Of a DNA stretch of 64,000 bases, positions 13,051-31,395 are shown piece after piece. The notes under the pieces are model-generated. The model was not told the origin of the DNA. It searched no databases and was given only the letters and a program-made list of their open reading frames with translations. The stretch's first letter is position 1. Each line of letters opens with the position of its first letter. The stretch is from Eledone cirrhosa (Eukaryota). A program made the translations under genes and the position numbers. The stretch lies in contig OZ024746.1 of assembly GCA_964016885.1 (NCBI GenBank), forward strand, positions 63,922,001 through 63,986,000. Direction: 5' to 3'.

Positions 13051-14756
13051 TCATCATCATCATCATCATCATCAACGTTTAACGTCCGTGTTCCACGCTT
13101 GCATGGGTTTGGACGGGGGTAGTCCCACTTGAGGCAAGAGTGATTGTCTTGCTCGCATAGGACTGTCTGGCAGGTTTTCTACAGTTGGATGCCCTTCCTA
13201 ACACCAACCACATTTACAGTGTGGGTCTGGGAGGTTTTTACCGTGTTGCCTACACGGCCACATTACAGCGTGGACTGTGTGTTTTTTTGTCGTGACACCT
13301 ACACGATCTCATTTGTTTCGGCCTCGATGGCGCGGCACCAACATAACTTTACATAGAACGGGGTGGTGTGGATCGGGTGGGGGTGGTGGTGGTGGTGGGA
13401 CGGGGTGTATTTTGTTAGAGATGCCTACTGGCTGGAGTAGGTTTTACTATATATTTAGGTAAGGCGGGTCTTCTCTGTTACTGAGTACCGCCAAAGGTCT
13501 CGGTCCAGTGACATTGTCTTGGAGAGGTGTAAGTGTGTGATGTCGGAGTTTATCAGCTCGTCCCAGGTTTTTCTAGGTCTGCCTATTCCGTGACTACCGT
13601 CTATCTTTATTGCCCTGCACTTTGTTATACAGCTATCGACTTTCATGCGCATCACGTGTCCATACCAACGTAGCCTTCTCTCGAGTAAACATCTGATCCC
13701 TCTTATCTCTAATTTTTTCCTTAGTTCGTTTATGCTTTGCCGTTCACGTATATTACTGTTACACATCCAGCGGAGCATGCAAGCTTCGTTCCTCTCTAGT
13801 CTGCGTATATCCTCTGCACACAATGCCCAGGTCTCACTGCCATGCAGCATTGCTGTTCGTATGCAGGCATCGTACAACCTGCCTTTCATTTTTAGTGAGA
13901 ACCCTTTAGCAGCTAATAGTGGTATAAGCTCTCTGAACTTTTTCCAACCAGTTCTGACTCTAGCTACAGTACTTTCAGAGCACCCTCCCCCACTGCTGAT
14001 TTTATCGCCCAGGTAACGGAAGCTGTCCACTATTTCTATAGAACCCTCTGCGCAATTGAAAGAGCTAGTAGTTTGTGGGCACTTGCTGCTACTTATTGCA
14101 CCAGAGCACCGGCCACATGTAAAATCTATGTTCTTAGTTAGCTTACCTGTGATCCCACTACATCTTTTATGCACCCATACTTTGCATTTAGGACATAAAA
14201 TGGAGTTTCTACCTACGCCTTTCCTACACACCGAGCACGACCATTTCCCAGAAGGGACCGCCGCCTTGTTTTCTTTCCTACAAACTAGTACTTTGGTCTT
14301 AGCCAGGTTAATTTTAAGGCCTTTTGACTCTAGGCCGTGCTTCCATGTTTGCAATTTCTTCTCTAGCTCGGCCATTGATTCCGCTATGAGTGTCAGGTCG
14401 TCTGCGTATAGGAGTTCCCATGGGCAGCCTGTCTTGAACTCCTCTGTTATAGCCTGAAGGGCAATAATAAATAGTAGTGGGCTGAGAACAGAGCCCTGAT
14501 GGACGCCAACTTTTACGCTAAACTCTTCACTATATTCGTTGTTAATTCTAACCTTGCTGACTGTTTCTTTATACATGGCTTGTATAGCCCTCACAAGCCA
14601 TTCGTCAACGCCTAGTTTTCTAAGAGCCCACCAGATAATGGAGCGGGGGACTCTGTCGAAGGCTTTCTCCAAGTCGACAAAAGCTAAGTAGAGGGGTTTA
14701 CCTTTAGCTAGGTACTTCTCCTGTAGTTGTCGTACTATGAAAAGAGCGTCTGTGGT
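13051..14756 (-). mobile_element. RTE-clade LINE copy A (5'-truncated; RT with PHD-like zinc-finger insert, 3'UTR, (GAT)n tail)
   Basis: ORF 13455-14672 contains EKAFDRVP, GVHQGSVLSP and LLYADDL, plus CxxC..CxxC..HxxC..CxxC. It is nearly identical to 32405-34078. Confidence 0.95.
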
Positions 14757-14864
14757 ATATATATATATATATATATATAGTTATCTAATAAACAACATAA
14801 GATAATTATTTCATTTACCAGTGGTTTCTTGAAGGCAGATATTTATTTCCTACGGAAATACTTC

Positions 14865-15815
<951 letters not shown>

Positions 15816-16002
15816 AATGTATATATATATATATATGTTTATATATATGTATATATATGTATATATATACACAGAGGTATCCACTGTAATGTGTGGGATC
15901 TATTCTGTATGAAGAACTCAATGTAATCCATATGTTGAAAATGTTTTAGGTTAAGATAAATCTCAGAAAACAATAAAACATTAAAAGGAAAACAGAGTCA
16001 TG

Positions 16003-16378
16003 ATATAAGTTAAAACAATGAAATAAAAAATCAAGTCATTAGTGATATACTTCACTGCTTTACGATCGTTTCTAGATGGTGATAATACATTGTATCTGTA
16101 CTCAGTTATTGATCTATGTAAGTTTACAAACTATCAGATAGAAAGAATATTTACTTACATGCATATCACCAGTTGTTTTCAAAACCAAAGGATTGTTTTT
16201 GAAAACAGCTGGTGATATGCATGTAAGTAAATATTCTTTCTATCTGATAGTTTGTTAACTTACATAGATCAATAACTGAGTACAGATACAATGTATTATC
16301 ACCATCTAGAAATGATCGTAAAGCAGTGAAGTATATCTCTAATGACTTGATTTTTTATTTCATTGTTTTAACTTATAT
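16003..16378. repeat. Long near-perfect inverted repeat (~180-bp arms, ~12-nt loop)
   Basis: 16003-16184 is the reverse complement of 16197-16378 with a few mismatches. Confidence 0.95.
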
Positions 16379-16524
16379 GTATATATATATATGTATAAAT
16401 ATATGTATATATATAAATATATACATATATATATATACATATATATATATACATATATATATATATACATATATATATATACATACATATATATACACAT
16501 ATATATATATATATACATATATAC

Positions 16525-16569
<45 letters not shown>

Positions 16570-16608
16570 CATATATATACACATATATATATATATATAC
16601 ATATATAC

Positions 16609-16653
<45 letters not shown>

Positions 16654-16671
16654 CATATATATATATACACA

Positions 16672-16772
<101 letters not shown>

Positions 16773-16999
16773 GATATATATTTCGTTTCTGAATTTGTTT
16801 AGCAAGATTCTTTATCTGAAATCGTGTGTTGAAACCGATATTGTTATACTTTGGGAGGGTCATGTTGCCAATAAGAAACACACGTACCATATATATATAC
16901 ATATATATATATATTGTTATATTTGGGGAGGGTCATATTTGCGTAATATTGCCAGAATTAATAACAGAACACACTCACTGTTTGGTTGGTTTTCGCTTC

Positions 17000-19497
17000 T
17001 CGCTGTCTTTTATATATATATATCTGCGATCTAACTTACTCGGTCCTCAATGTTGCCATTGACTGACCGGCGGTCAAAAATAATACAGATACAATATAGA
17101 CAAACACATATATATATAGTTTACATAAATCTTTCGTTGCACATCTGCAACATCGTCAGTGGTGTTATATTCATTGTTCCTCCTGTTGTGTTGTATGTCT
17201 ACGCCATTTTTTTTGTTCAGTCTGTCTATATATTTATTTATTTATTTGCTTGTTTGTTTATCTTATTTTATTTTGTCTTCTTTGCGCATGCGTTTGCGTG
17301 TGTGTATAGTGTTATGTGTGATGTGTGATGTGTGACTAGTGTGTATAGTGTTGTCTGCTGGGTGACTAGTGTGTGTTTATGTGCTTGTGTATGTATTTAT
17401 TTATCTTATTTTATTTAATTTAATTTACTTATTTATTTATACTTCTCTTAGGTCAGTGTTGTTTGTTTGGGTGTTGTTGTTGTTCCACTCATTCTTTCTG
17501 TTTAGCTTTGGTCTTCTAATTTCTATTTCACTGGCCTCTCTGATTTGCCTATCTGCTGGGTCATTCCTATGTTTAGATATTATTCTAATTTCTATGTTGT
17601 CTATGTTACCGTCATGGTGTTGTCTAGCATGTTCGTATAGTACTGACCCGTTTTTTCGTCCTTTTAGTTCCCCCCAGTGTTGGTCTATCCTTTCACCTAT
17701 GCTACGAGCTGTCTCACCTATGTATGTTGTTGTCGTGTTTCTGCAAGTACCCTCTGTACATCTTATGCTATAGACTACGTCTTCTAGTTTTACAGTTTAT
17801 CCGGGGGTTCACCTTACATATGATACATTTCCTATTGGTACAGTGGGTTTCTTAAAAGGGTAGGTTTTGCTGATCAGGGATTTTATGGTGGTTCCTGGCT
17901 TTTCTACCACCTTTATTTTTAAGTGGGTCTTTCTCAGGGCCTTTCTACACTGGTTAGCTAATTTCCCTCCAGGGGGTGGCGTCCACAAACATGACACTCT
18001 GATATCTCTGGTTGTCGTACCATGATGTGGCCTTCCCTATCTTATGTCTAGCCGCTATCTAAGTTATTCCATGATTTGCTCCTGTATAGTGGGCAAATTC
18101 CTTTCATGTCCAGTTCTATGAGGGTCTTATACTTTTCCATGGCTCCTTCGTATACTCTGACTCTGTCTCTTTGGTTGTAGCCAGAGAACTGCATGCGGTT
18201 GATGAAGTGTTTGATGTGTCCTTCCATTTCTGTTGGGTCGCACATGCTGGACACATTCTTCATCACTCGTACCAAATCTGCGATCAGAATATTAAACTTA
18301 GCACTACTGGACATTGCTGAGTTTTTGAGTATCAGGTATTTGGAGGCCATGGGTTTAGCATAGTGTGAGTGGAGAATTTGGGCTCTCTCGTCTATAGTGT
18401 TAATCCAGAGTTCTGTGTCTAATACAGGTAGTCTATTGTTAGGGTGTTTGGAAGGGAAGTCTATAGTTACAGTTATACTCTGGTGTATGGAATTAGCTAT
18501 CTGCTGGATGCTTTCCATCGTGCTACGTTCTAAATCAAACTTGTTAGTGCTCTCTAGTGGGGGTGTTCTTATAACTATATTGATATCGTCTACATAACGA
18601 GAGTACATGATGAGGTCTATGGAGCTTTCATTAAGGAGATCTTTAAGTCTCCTTTCCCACCATACCATGAAAAGGTTGGCAAACATCGCCAGCTATGCTG
18701 ACGCCGATGGCTGCTCCCTCATTTTGGGTGTAGATTTTCTCATTGAACTTAAATATGTGGCCCTTTAGGGTAGTTTTGATACTAGCCCCTATTGCATGTG
18801 CGACCATTTTTCTTACCTGATCAGTGTTTTGGGGGGTCCGTATAGCTTTGGTCCACCCAATCCACCTTCCTATGGGAGTCTTTTTAGCCATTGAGGTTAT
18901 GGTGGGGGGTCTACCTCTTATAGGTCTACTAGGGCAGAAACATCTAAGGTCATGGCTGTCTAGGTAGTCAGTGTCGTAGGTAAGTCTAAGTAGGAGGCCC
19001 AGTTCGTCTGTGTCGACGTCGCAGAACTCCACCTCACTCTCAATGATCATCTCTCCACACATCTTTTCACAGCAAAATCAATGTTAATGGATGGGTACAG
19101 TGACACCACATCCATGCTGCCTATTATGCAGTTGGATAGGCTCCTGTTTTGTTGCACTCACTGATTCTGCTGAGGAGGTCCTCTGTACTTTCACATACAT
19201 CTGGGGACATCTTGATTATGGGGCGTATAACCATGAGAGGAAGTAGGAGATCCTGTAGTTGCTAGCTATATTAGCTCCGCATACAGGTCTTGTTGGTGGT
19301 CCTATTGTCGGGTCGTCGACTGTCTTGTGGTCTTTGCGGAGCCCATACAAGGGTGGTATGCCATTGTTAGACGCCTGGAAGTTGTTGGCAGTGCGTCTGC
19401 TTGGCTTTAGGGATGTCAGTCCACATCATCATGTGAGCGGTTGAGGATTTTTTCTCTCCCATCGTGTGTTAGTTGTGCAACTTCGCTCGTGTTGGTG
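17000..19497 (-). mobile_element. Penelope-like retroelement, Neptune type (RT + Cys linker + C-terminal GIY-YIG endonuclease), 5'-truncated and frameshifted
   Basis: RT motifs LYGLRKDHK...GPPTRPVCG, IIGSMDVVSLYPSI, EGAAIGVSIAGDVANLFM, SRYVDDIN and LPVLDTELW. Linker CTNRKCIIC...C. Endonuclease VVYSIRC...YIGETARSIGERIDQH...RQIREA...LNRKNEW at ~17480-17785. Confidence 0.92.
17101..17170 (-). ncRNA. Hammerhead-like motif in the 3' terminal region of the Penelope-like element (stem I disrupted)
   Basis: Minus strand reads ACACCA-CTGACGA-T-GTTGCA(gatg)TGCAAC-GAAAG, with a perfect 6-bp stem II. The 3' strand of stem I appears interrupted by (TA)n. Confidence 0.55.
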
Positions 19498-21481
<1,984 letters not shown>

Positions 21482-23784
21482 TATTAGAAATCTTCAGGAT
21501 TACATTATCCAGTGCTTTTATCGAGAATGACACAGCTAGAGACTTATAGAATACTTAGCTGTGTACAGGAACTGGTTTGAAAGAGCTGTTGCCGGTCCGG
21601 CAGAAATGTCTATCTTCACATATATATCGCTATTTCAGAGCATTTAATCCAATTTCCTAATTTCTGCCGGACCGGCAACCGCTCTTTCAAACCAGTTCCT
21701 GTACACAGCTAAGTATTCTATAAGTCTCTAGCTGTGTCATTCTCGATAAAGCACTGGATATGTAATCCTGAAGATTTCTAATAAGAATGAAACGCGTAGG
21801 TTACTTCCCTTGCTTTTGTCGAGAATCTAATTGTAATACGTGACGTATTCTATTCTATAGCGATTAGGTCTTCAAAATGTTTATTATAAACATACAGAAT
21901 ATTTTCGAATATTCTATGTCTATCTTCACATATATATCGCTATTTCAGAGCATTTAATCCCAATTTCTAATTTCTGCCGGACCGGCAACCGCTCTTTCAA
22001 ACCAGTTCCTGTACACAGCTAAGTATTCTATAAGTCTCTAGCTATGTCATTCTCGATAAAAGCACTGGATATGTAATCCTGAAGATTTCTAATAAGAATG
22101 AAACGCGTAGGTTACTTCCCTTGCTTTTGTCGAGAATCTAATTGTAATACGTGACGTATTCTATTCTATAGCGATTAGGTCTTCAAAATGTTTATTATAA
22201 ACATACAGAATATTTTCGAATATTCTATGTCTATCTTCACATATATATCGCTATTTCAGAGCATTTAATCCAATTTCTAATTTCTGCCGGACCGGCAACC
22301 GCTCTTTCAAACCAGTTCCTGTACACAGCTAAGTATTCTATAAGTCTCTAGCTGTGTCATTCTCGATAAAAGCACTGGATATGTAATCCTGAAGATTTCT
22401 AATAAGAATGAAACGCGTAGGTTACTTCCCTTGCTTTTGTCGAGAATCTAATTGTAATACGTGACGTATTCTATTCTATAGCGATTAGGTCTTCAAAATG
22501 TTTATTATAAACATACAGAATATTTTCGAATATTCTATGTCTATCTTCACATATATATCGCTATTTCAGAGCATTTAATCCAATTTCTAATTTCTGCCGG
22601 ACCGGCAACCGCTCTTTCAAACCAGTTCCTGTACACAGCTAAGTATTCTATAAGTCTCTAGCTGTTGTCATTCTCGATAAAAGCACTGGATATGTAATCC
22701 TGAAGATTTCTAATAAGAATGAAACGCGTAGGTTACTTCCCTTGCTTTTGTCGGAGAATCTAATTGTAATACGTGACGTATTCTATTCTATAGCGATTAG
22801 GTCTTCAAAATGTTTATTATAAACATACAGAATATTTCGAATATTCATATGTCTATCTTCACATATATATCGCTATTTCAGAGCATTTAATCAATTTCTA
22901 ATTTCTGCCGGACCGGCAACCGCTCTTTCAAACCAGTTCCTGTACACAGCTAAGTATTCTATAAGTCTCTAGCTGTGTCATTCTCGATAAAAGCACTGGA
23001 TATGTAATCCTGAAGATTTCTAATAAGAATGAAACGCGTAGGTTACTTCCCTTGCTTTTGTCGAGAATCTAATTGTAATACGTGACGTATTCTATTCTAT
23101 AGCGATTAGGTCTTCAAAATGTTTATTATAAACATACAGAATATTTTCGAATATTCTATGTCTATCTTCACATATATATCGCTATTTCAGAGCATTTAAT
23201 CCAATTCTAATTTCTGCCGGACCGGCAACCGCTCTTTCAAACCAGTTCCTGTACACAGCTAAGTATTCTATAAGTCTCTAGCTGTGTCATTCTCGATAAA
23301 AGCACTGGATATGTAATCCTGAAGATTTCTAATAAGAATGAAACGCGTAGGTTACTTCCCTTGCTTTTGTCGAGAATCTAATTGTAATACGTGACGTATT
23401 CTATTCTATAGCGATTAGGTCTTCAAAATGTTTATTATAAACATACAGAATATTTTCGAATATTCTATGTCTATCTTCACATATATATCGCTATTTCAAA
23501 GCATTTAATCCAATTTCTAATTTCTGCCGGACCGGCAACCGCTCTTTCAAACCAGTTCCTGTACACAGCTAAGTATTCTATAAGTCTCTAGCTGTGTCAT
23601 TCTCGATAAAAGCACTGGATATGTAATCCTGAAGATTTCTAATAAGAATGAAACGCGTAGGTTACTTCCCTTGCTTTTGTCGAGAATCTAATTGTAATAC
23701 GTGACGTATTCTATTCTATAGCGATTAGGTCTTCAAATGTTTATTATAAACATACAGAATATTTTCGAATATTCTATGTCTATC
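21482..23784 (+). mobile_element. Retrozyme-like tandem array: 7 x ~310-bp units plus a 5' inverted partial unit
   Basis: Near-identical units run from 21607 to 23784. 21482-21607 is the reverse complement of 21660-21783. Each unit has a hammerhead motif, there is no ORF, and (TA)n flanks both sides. Confidence 0.88.
21762..21804 (+). ncRNA. Minimal type I hammerhead ribozyme, copy 1 of 7 (others start at 22073, 22383, 22694, 23004, 23313, 23623)
   Basis: GTAATC-CTGAAGA-T-TTCT(aata)AGAA-T-GAAA-CGCG-TA-GGTTAC. It has a 6-bp stem I, CUGANGA and GAAA boxes, palindromic stem III ACGCGT and a GUA cleavage triplet. Confidence 0.85.
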
Positions 23785-25317
<1,533 letters not shown>

Positions 25318-25321
<4 letters not shown>

Positions 25322-26352
25322 TTTCATTCATTTCATTTCATTTTACGTCACGCTTTTCCTCTGCTTGCAAGGGTGGGACGGGAATTGATTCTGGGTTGAT
25401 TTCTACAGCTGGATGCCCTTCCTAACACCAACCTCCGTTACAGTGAGTGCTGGGTGCTTTTTTGCCGTGGCACCTCCACGACCACTTTACAGTGGAATGA
25501 TAGGGACCCTGTCCTATCATCTCATTTCTACAGCTCAGTAAACTGGAGCAATGTGAAATAAAGTGTCTTGCTCAAGGAAACAACACATCACCCTGTCTGA
25601 GAATTCATGTGTTGTTTCCTTGAGCAAAGACACTTTATTTCACATTGCTCCAGTTTACTCAGCTGTAGAAATGCGATGTTAGGTACTGGGGTCCCTATCA
25701 TTCCACTGCAATTATATATATATATATATCCCACTATATATATATATATCCCACTATCTGGGAGTTTCCATCAGTAATGGTTGCATTTTTTAAGGGTATG
25801 TCAATATTTATTTATAAAACTGATCTATATTATATTTTGTCTGATGAAATGCACACCATAATTTAACTTGGTGTCCTTGAATATGTATAATGAAATAAAT
25901 ATGGTTTTATAAATATAGTTTCCATTTTTTTAATATCGTATGTTTACTCCAAATACTTGTTGAGTGCTTTATATCAGTTATAAAAATATTTGCTTGTTGT
26001 ATCCCAACAATTTAAATAGAACTATTTGCATATATATACATATATAATAATATATATACATATATATATATATTCATATATATACTATATATACATATAT
26101 ATACATATATATACATAATTATATATATATACCTAATTATATATATATACATAATTATATATATACATATATATAACAGTATATATATATATACATATAC
26201 ATACATATATAAATATACTTATACATATATACATATATATACATATATATTATACATATATACATATATATATATACATATACATACATATATACAATTA
26301 TATATACATATACATATACATATATGAGGCACATGTCTTAGTGGTTAGAGCA
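25318..26352. repeat. ~1-kb segment duplicated at 60896-61930 (SINE family 2 fold-back, AT-rich DNA, start of a SINE)
   Basis: Collinear and near-identical, differing mainly by 1-bp indels. It ends at the N gap. Confidence 0.9.
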
Positions 26353-26552
26353 NNNNNNNNNNNNNNNNNNNNNNNNNNNNNNNNNNNNNNNNNNNNNNNN
26401 NNNNNNNNNNNNNNNNNNNNNNNNNNNNNNNNNNNNNNNNNNNNNNNNNNNNNNNNNNNNNNNNNNNNNNNNNNNNNNNNNNNNNNNNNNNNNNNNNNNN
26501 NNNNNNNNNNNNNNNNNNNNNNNNNNNNNNNNNNNNNNNNNNNNNNNNNNNN
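26353..26552. other. Assembly gap (200 N)
   Basis: Run of N. Confidence 1.
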
Positions 26553-28533
26553 ACATGGCTTGTATAGCCCTCACAAGCCATTCGTCAACGCCTAGTTTCT
26601 AAGAGCCACCAGATAATGGAGCGGGGGACTCTGTCGAAGGCTTTCTCCAAGTCGACAAAAGCTAAGTAGAGGGGTTTACCTTTAGCTAGGTACTTCTCTT
26701 GTAGTTGTCGTACTATGAAAAGAGCGTCTGTGGTACTTTTGCCTGACACAAACCCGAACTGCATTTCATCTAGGTCAATTCTCTCTCTGATTAGTTGCGC
26801 TATTACTCTTTCCGTGACCTTCATGACCTGGTCGATTAATTTAATGCCTCTATAGTTACTCCTATCTAGGGGGTCTCCTTTACCCTTATAACAGTTAACG
26901 ATGATGCTGCTATGCCAGTCCTTCGGAACAACCCCGTTCTGTACGACTTGGTTAACTATGCGGGTGACCATGGTGTGTCCCACCGTGCCAGATGCCTCAG
27001 CATCTCAGCAACTATTTCCGAAGGCCCAGCCGCCTTACCAGTCTTCATATCCTTGATTGCCTTACTTATTATACTCCCCTCGACTAACACTGCTGGTCCC
27101 TCTATTGGGTCGATATGGGGGAGACTGCCTTTCTCCCAATATTCTCCTCATTTAGAAGCCTTTCATAGTGACACTTCCAAGCTACCTTCTTATCAGCGTC
27201 GGTGATGGCAAGTGTGCCATCGTCGTTTAGTACACACTTCTCCCCGACAATATCACGGTTTTCCTTGACGCATTGCCTAGCAATCCTGAACACCTCACGT
27301 TTTTGGTCATCGCGTTGTAGAACATGCTTGAACTTTCTTTCCTCAGCTTCCCTTCTTGCTAAGTACACTTGTCTCCTAGCTTCCCTCCTGGCCACTTGAT
27401 AGTCCTCTCTACTTCCCCCATCCCGCCATACTTTCCAAGCCTGCTTTTTGGCCTTAATTGACCCCTCCACCTTACTGTTCCACCACCATGTTACTCTCCT
27501 CCTGCCTACAGGCCTGCTCCAGCCACAGACCTCGTCTGTCGCCAACAGCAGGTTTGCTTTCAGAAATTCCCACTCTCCCTCTATATTGTCCGACTCTAAA
27601 TGTTCTTCCTTACTGTCGAAAGCATCAAGTAATATGCTTTGAAATTTATTCCTGGCTGTGGGGTCCTTTAGCTTCCATATTTTCCTCCTGAGGATAGTCC
27701 TCTTCTGTTGTCGAGTACGTCTCGTCCTGACTATGAGGTCGCTAATTATCAGTCTATGTTGGGAGGTGCATTCTTCATGGGGGAGGGATTTAGTGTTAAC
27801 AACAGACACTCTGTCACGTCTTCTGGTAAGGATATAATCTACCTGGCTTGTGTGTTCCCCGGATCTATAGGTGATCAGGTGATTGTCACGTTTTTTGAAG
27901 TTAGTGTTACAGATAGTTAGGTTATTTGCATCACAGAATTCCAGGATTCTGGAGCCTTCCTCATTTCTAGTACCAAACCCATAGCCTCCATGGATTTCGT
28001 CGTAGCCGTCACAATGTTGCCCAACGTGACCATTTAGGTCGCCTGCAATAATTATATAGTCACTGTCAGATATTTGGGAGGTAGTGAGCATCAGTGTCTC
28101 ATAGAATCTGTCTTTTATAGTGCCGGGCAGTCCGGATTGGGGTGCGTACGCAGATATTACTGTCACCGTAGTTCTATTGAGGACAAGTCGTATTTTAATT
28201 ATTCTGTCGTTCACTCTATTTACGTCTATTATCTTATCTGCCCACTTTTCTGCTACCATGATTCCTACTCCACCCAGCCCATCGTCGTTTCCCACCCAGA
28301 AAGCTTATAACAACGTTTTTTACCCTCAATGAACCTAGCAGACCCACCCCTCCACCTGGTCTCTTGAATACAACAAACATCGACCTCCTTACGTTCAAGC
28401 ATTTCTACAACCTCGTTAGCGCGACCCTTTAGGGTGCCTACATTTATGGTACCAACTCTGAAGTTTTGGATTGCGTTTGGGGGTTGGGGGCGGTGAGGGG
28501 CGGGGGGCGATGGGGTATGTTAGCCGTCATGAG
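26553..28533 (-). mobile_element. RTE-clade LINE copy B (AP-endonuclease and N-terminal RT), frameshifted, cut by the gap
   Basis: ORFs 27102-28295 ([28 protein letters not shown]) and 26585-26983 (NYRGIKL, QFGF, DLEKAFD). Same family as copies A and C. Confidence 0.95.
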
Positions 28534-30654
<2,121 letters not shown>

Positions 30655-31395
30655 GTCCTGACTATGAGGTCGCTAATTATCAGTCTATGTTGGGAGGTGC
30701 ATTCTTCATGGGGGAGGGATTTAGTGTTTACAACAGACACTCTGTCACGTCTTCTGGTAAGGATATAATCTACCTGGCTTGTGTGTTCCCCGGATCTATA
30801 GGTAATCAGGTGATTGTCACGTTTTTTGAAGTTAGTGTTACAGATAGTTAGGTTATTTGCATCACAGTATTCCAGAATTCTGGAGCCTTCCTCATTTCTA
30901 GTACCAAACCCATAGCCTCCATGGATTTCGTCATAGCCGTCACAATGTTGTCCAACGTGACCATTTAGGTCGCCTGCAATAATTATATAGTCACTGTCAG
31001 ATATTTGGGAGGTAGTTAGCAACAGTGTCTCATAGAATCTGTCTTTTATAGTGCCGGGCAGTCCGGATTGGGGTGCGTACGCAGATATTACTGTCACCGT
31101 AGTTCTATTGAGGACAAGTCTTATTTTAATTATTCTGTCGTTCACTCTATTTACGTCTATTATCTTATCTGCCCACTTTTCTGCTACCATGATTCCTACT
31201 CCACCCAGCCCATCGTCGTTTCCCACCCAGAAAAGCTTATAACATCGTTTTTTACCCTCAATGAATCTAGCAGACCCACCCCTCCACCTGGTCTCTTGAA
31301 TACAACAAACATCGACCTCCTTACGTTCAAGCATTTCTACAACCTCGTTAGCGCGACCCTTTAGGGTGCCTACATTTATGGTACCAACTCTGAAG
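30655..31395 (-). mobile_element. RTE copy C, inverted 5' segment (AP-endonuclease domain)
   Basis: [11 protein letters not shown]...SAYAPQ...GDLNGHVG...QVDYIL...[12 protein letters not shown]. It is the direct upstream continuation of the + strand segment that follows. Confidence 0.95.

Noticed and set aside
13645-14457. ORFs antisense to LINE RT regions (also 32704-33645, 48765-51856, 57095-59198)
   Set aside because: They are shadow frames of LINE ORFs with no independent motifs.
17440-19497. Naiad/Chlamys-type or selenoprotein-recoding Penelope element
   Set aside because: The GIY-YIG is C-terminal, not N-terminal, and the ORF breaks look like indel frameshifts rather than in-frame UGA codons.
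21607-23784. Regularly spaced repeats as a CRISPR array or plain satellite
   Set aside because: Whole units are identical with no unique spacers, there are no cas genes, and the context is eukaryotic. The hammerhead and inverted end argue for a retroelement origin.
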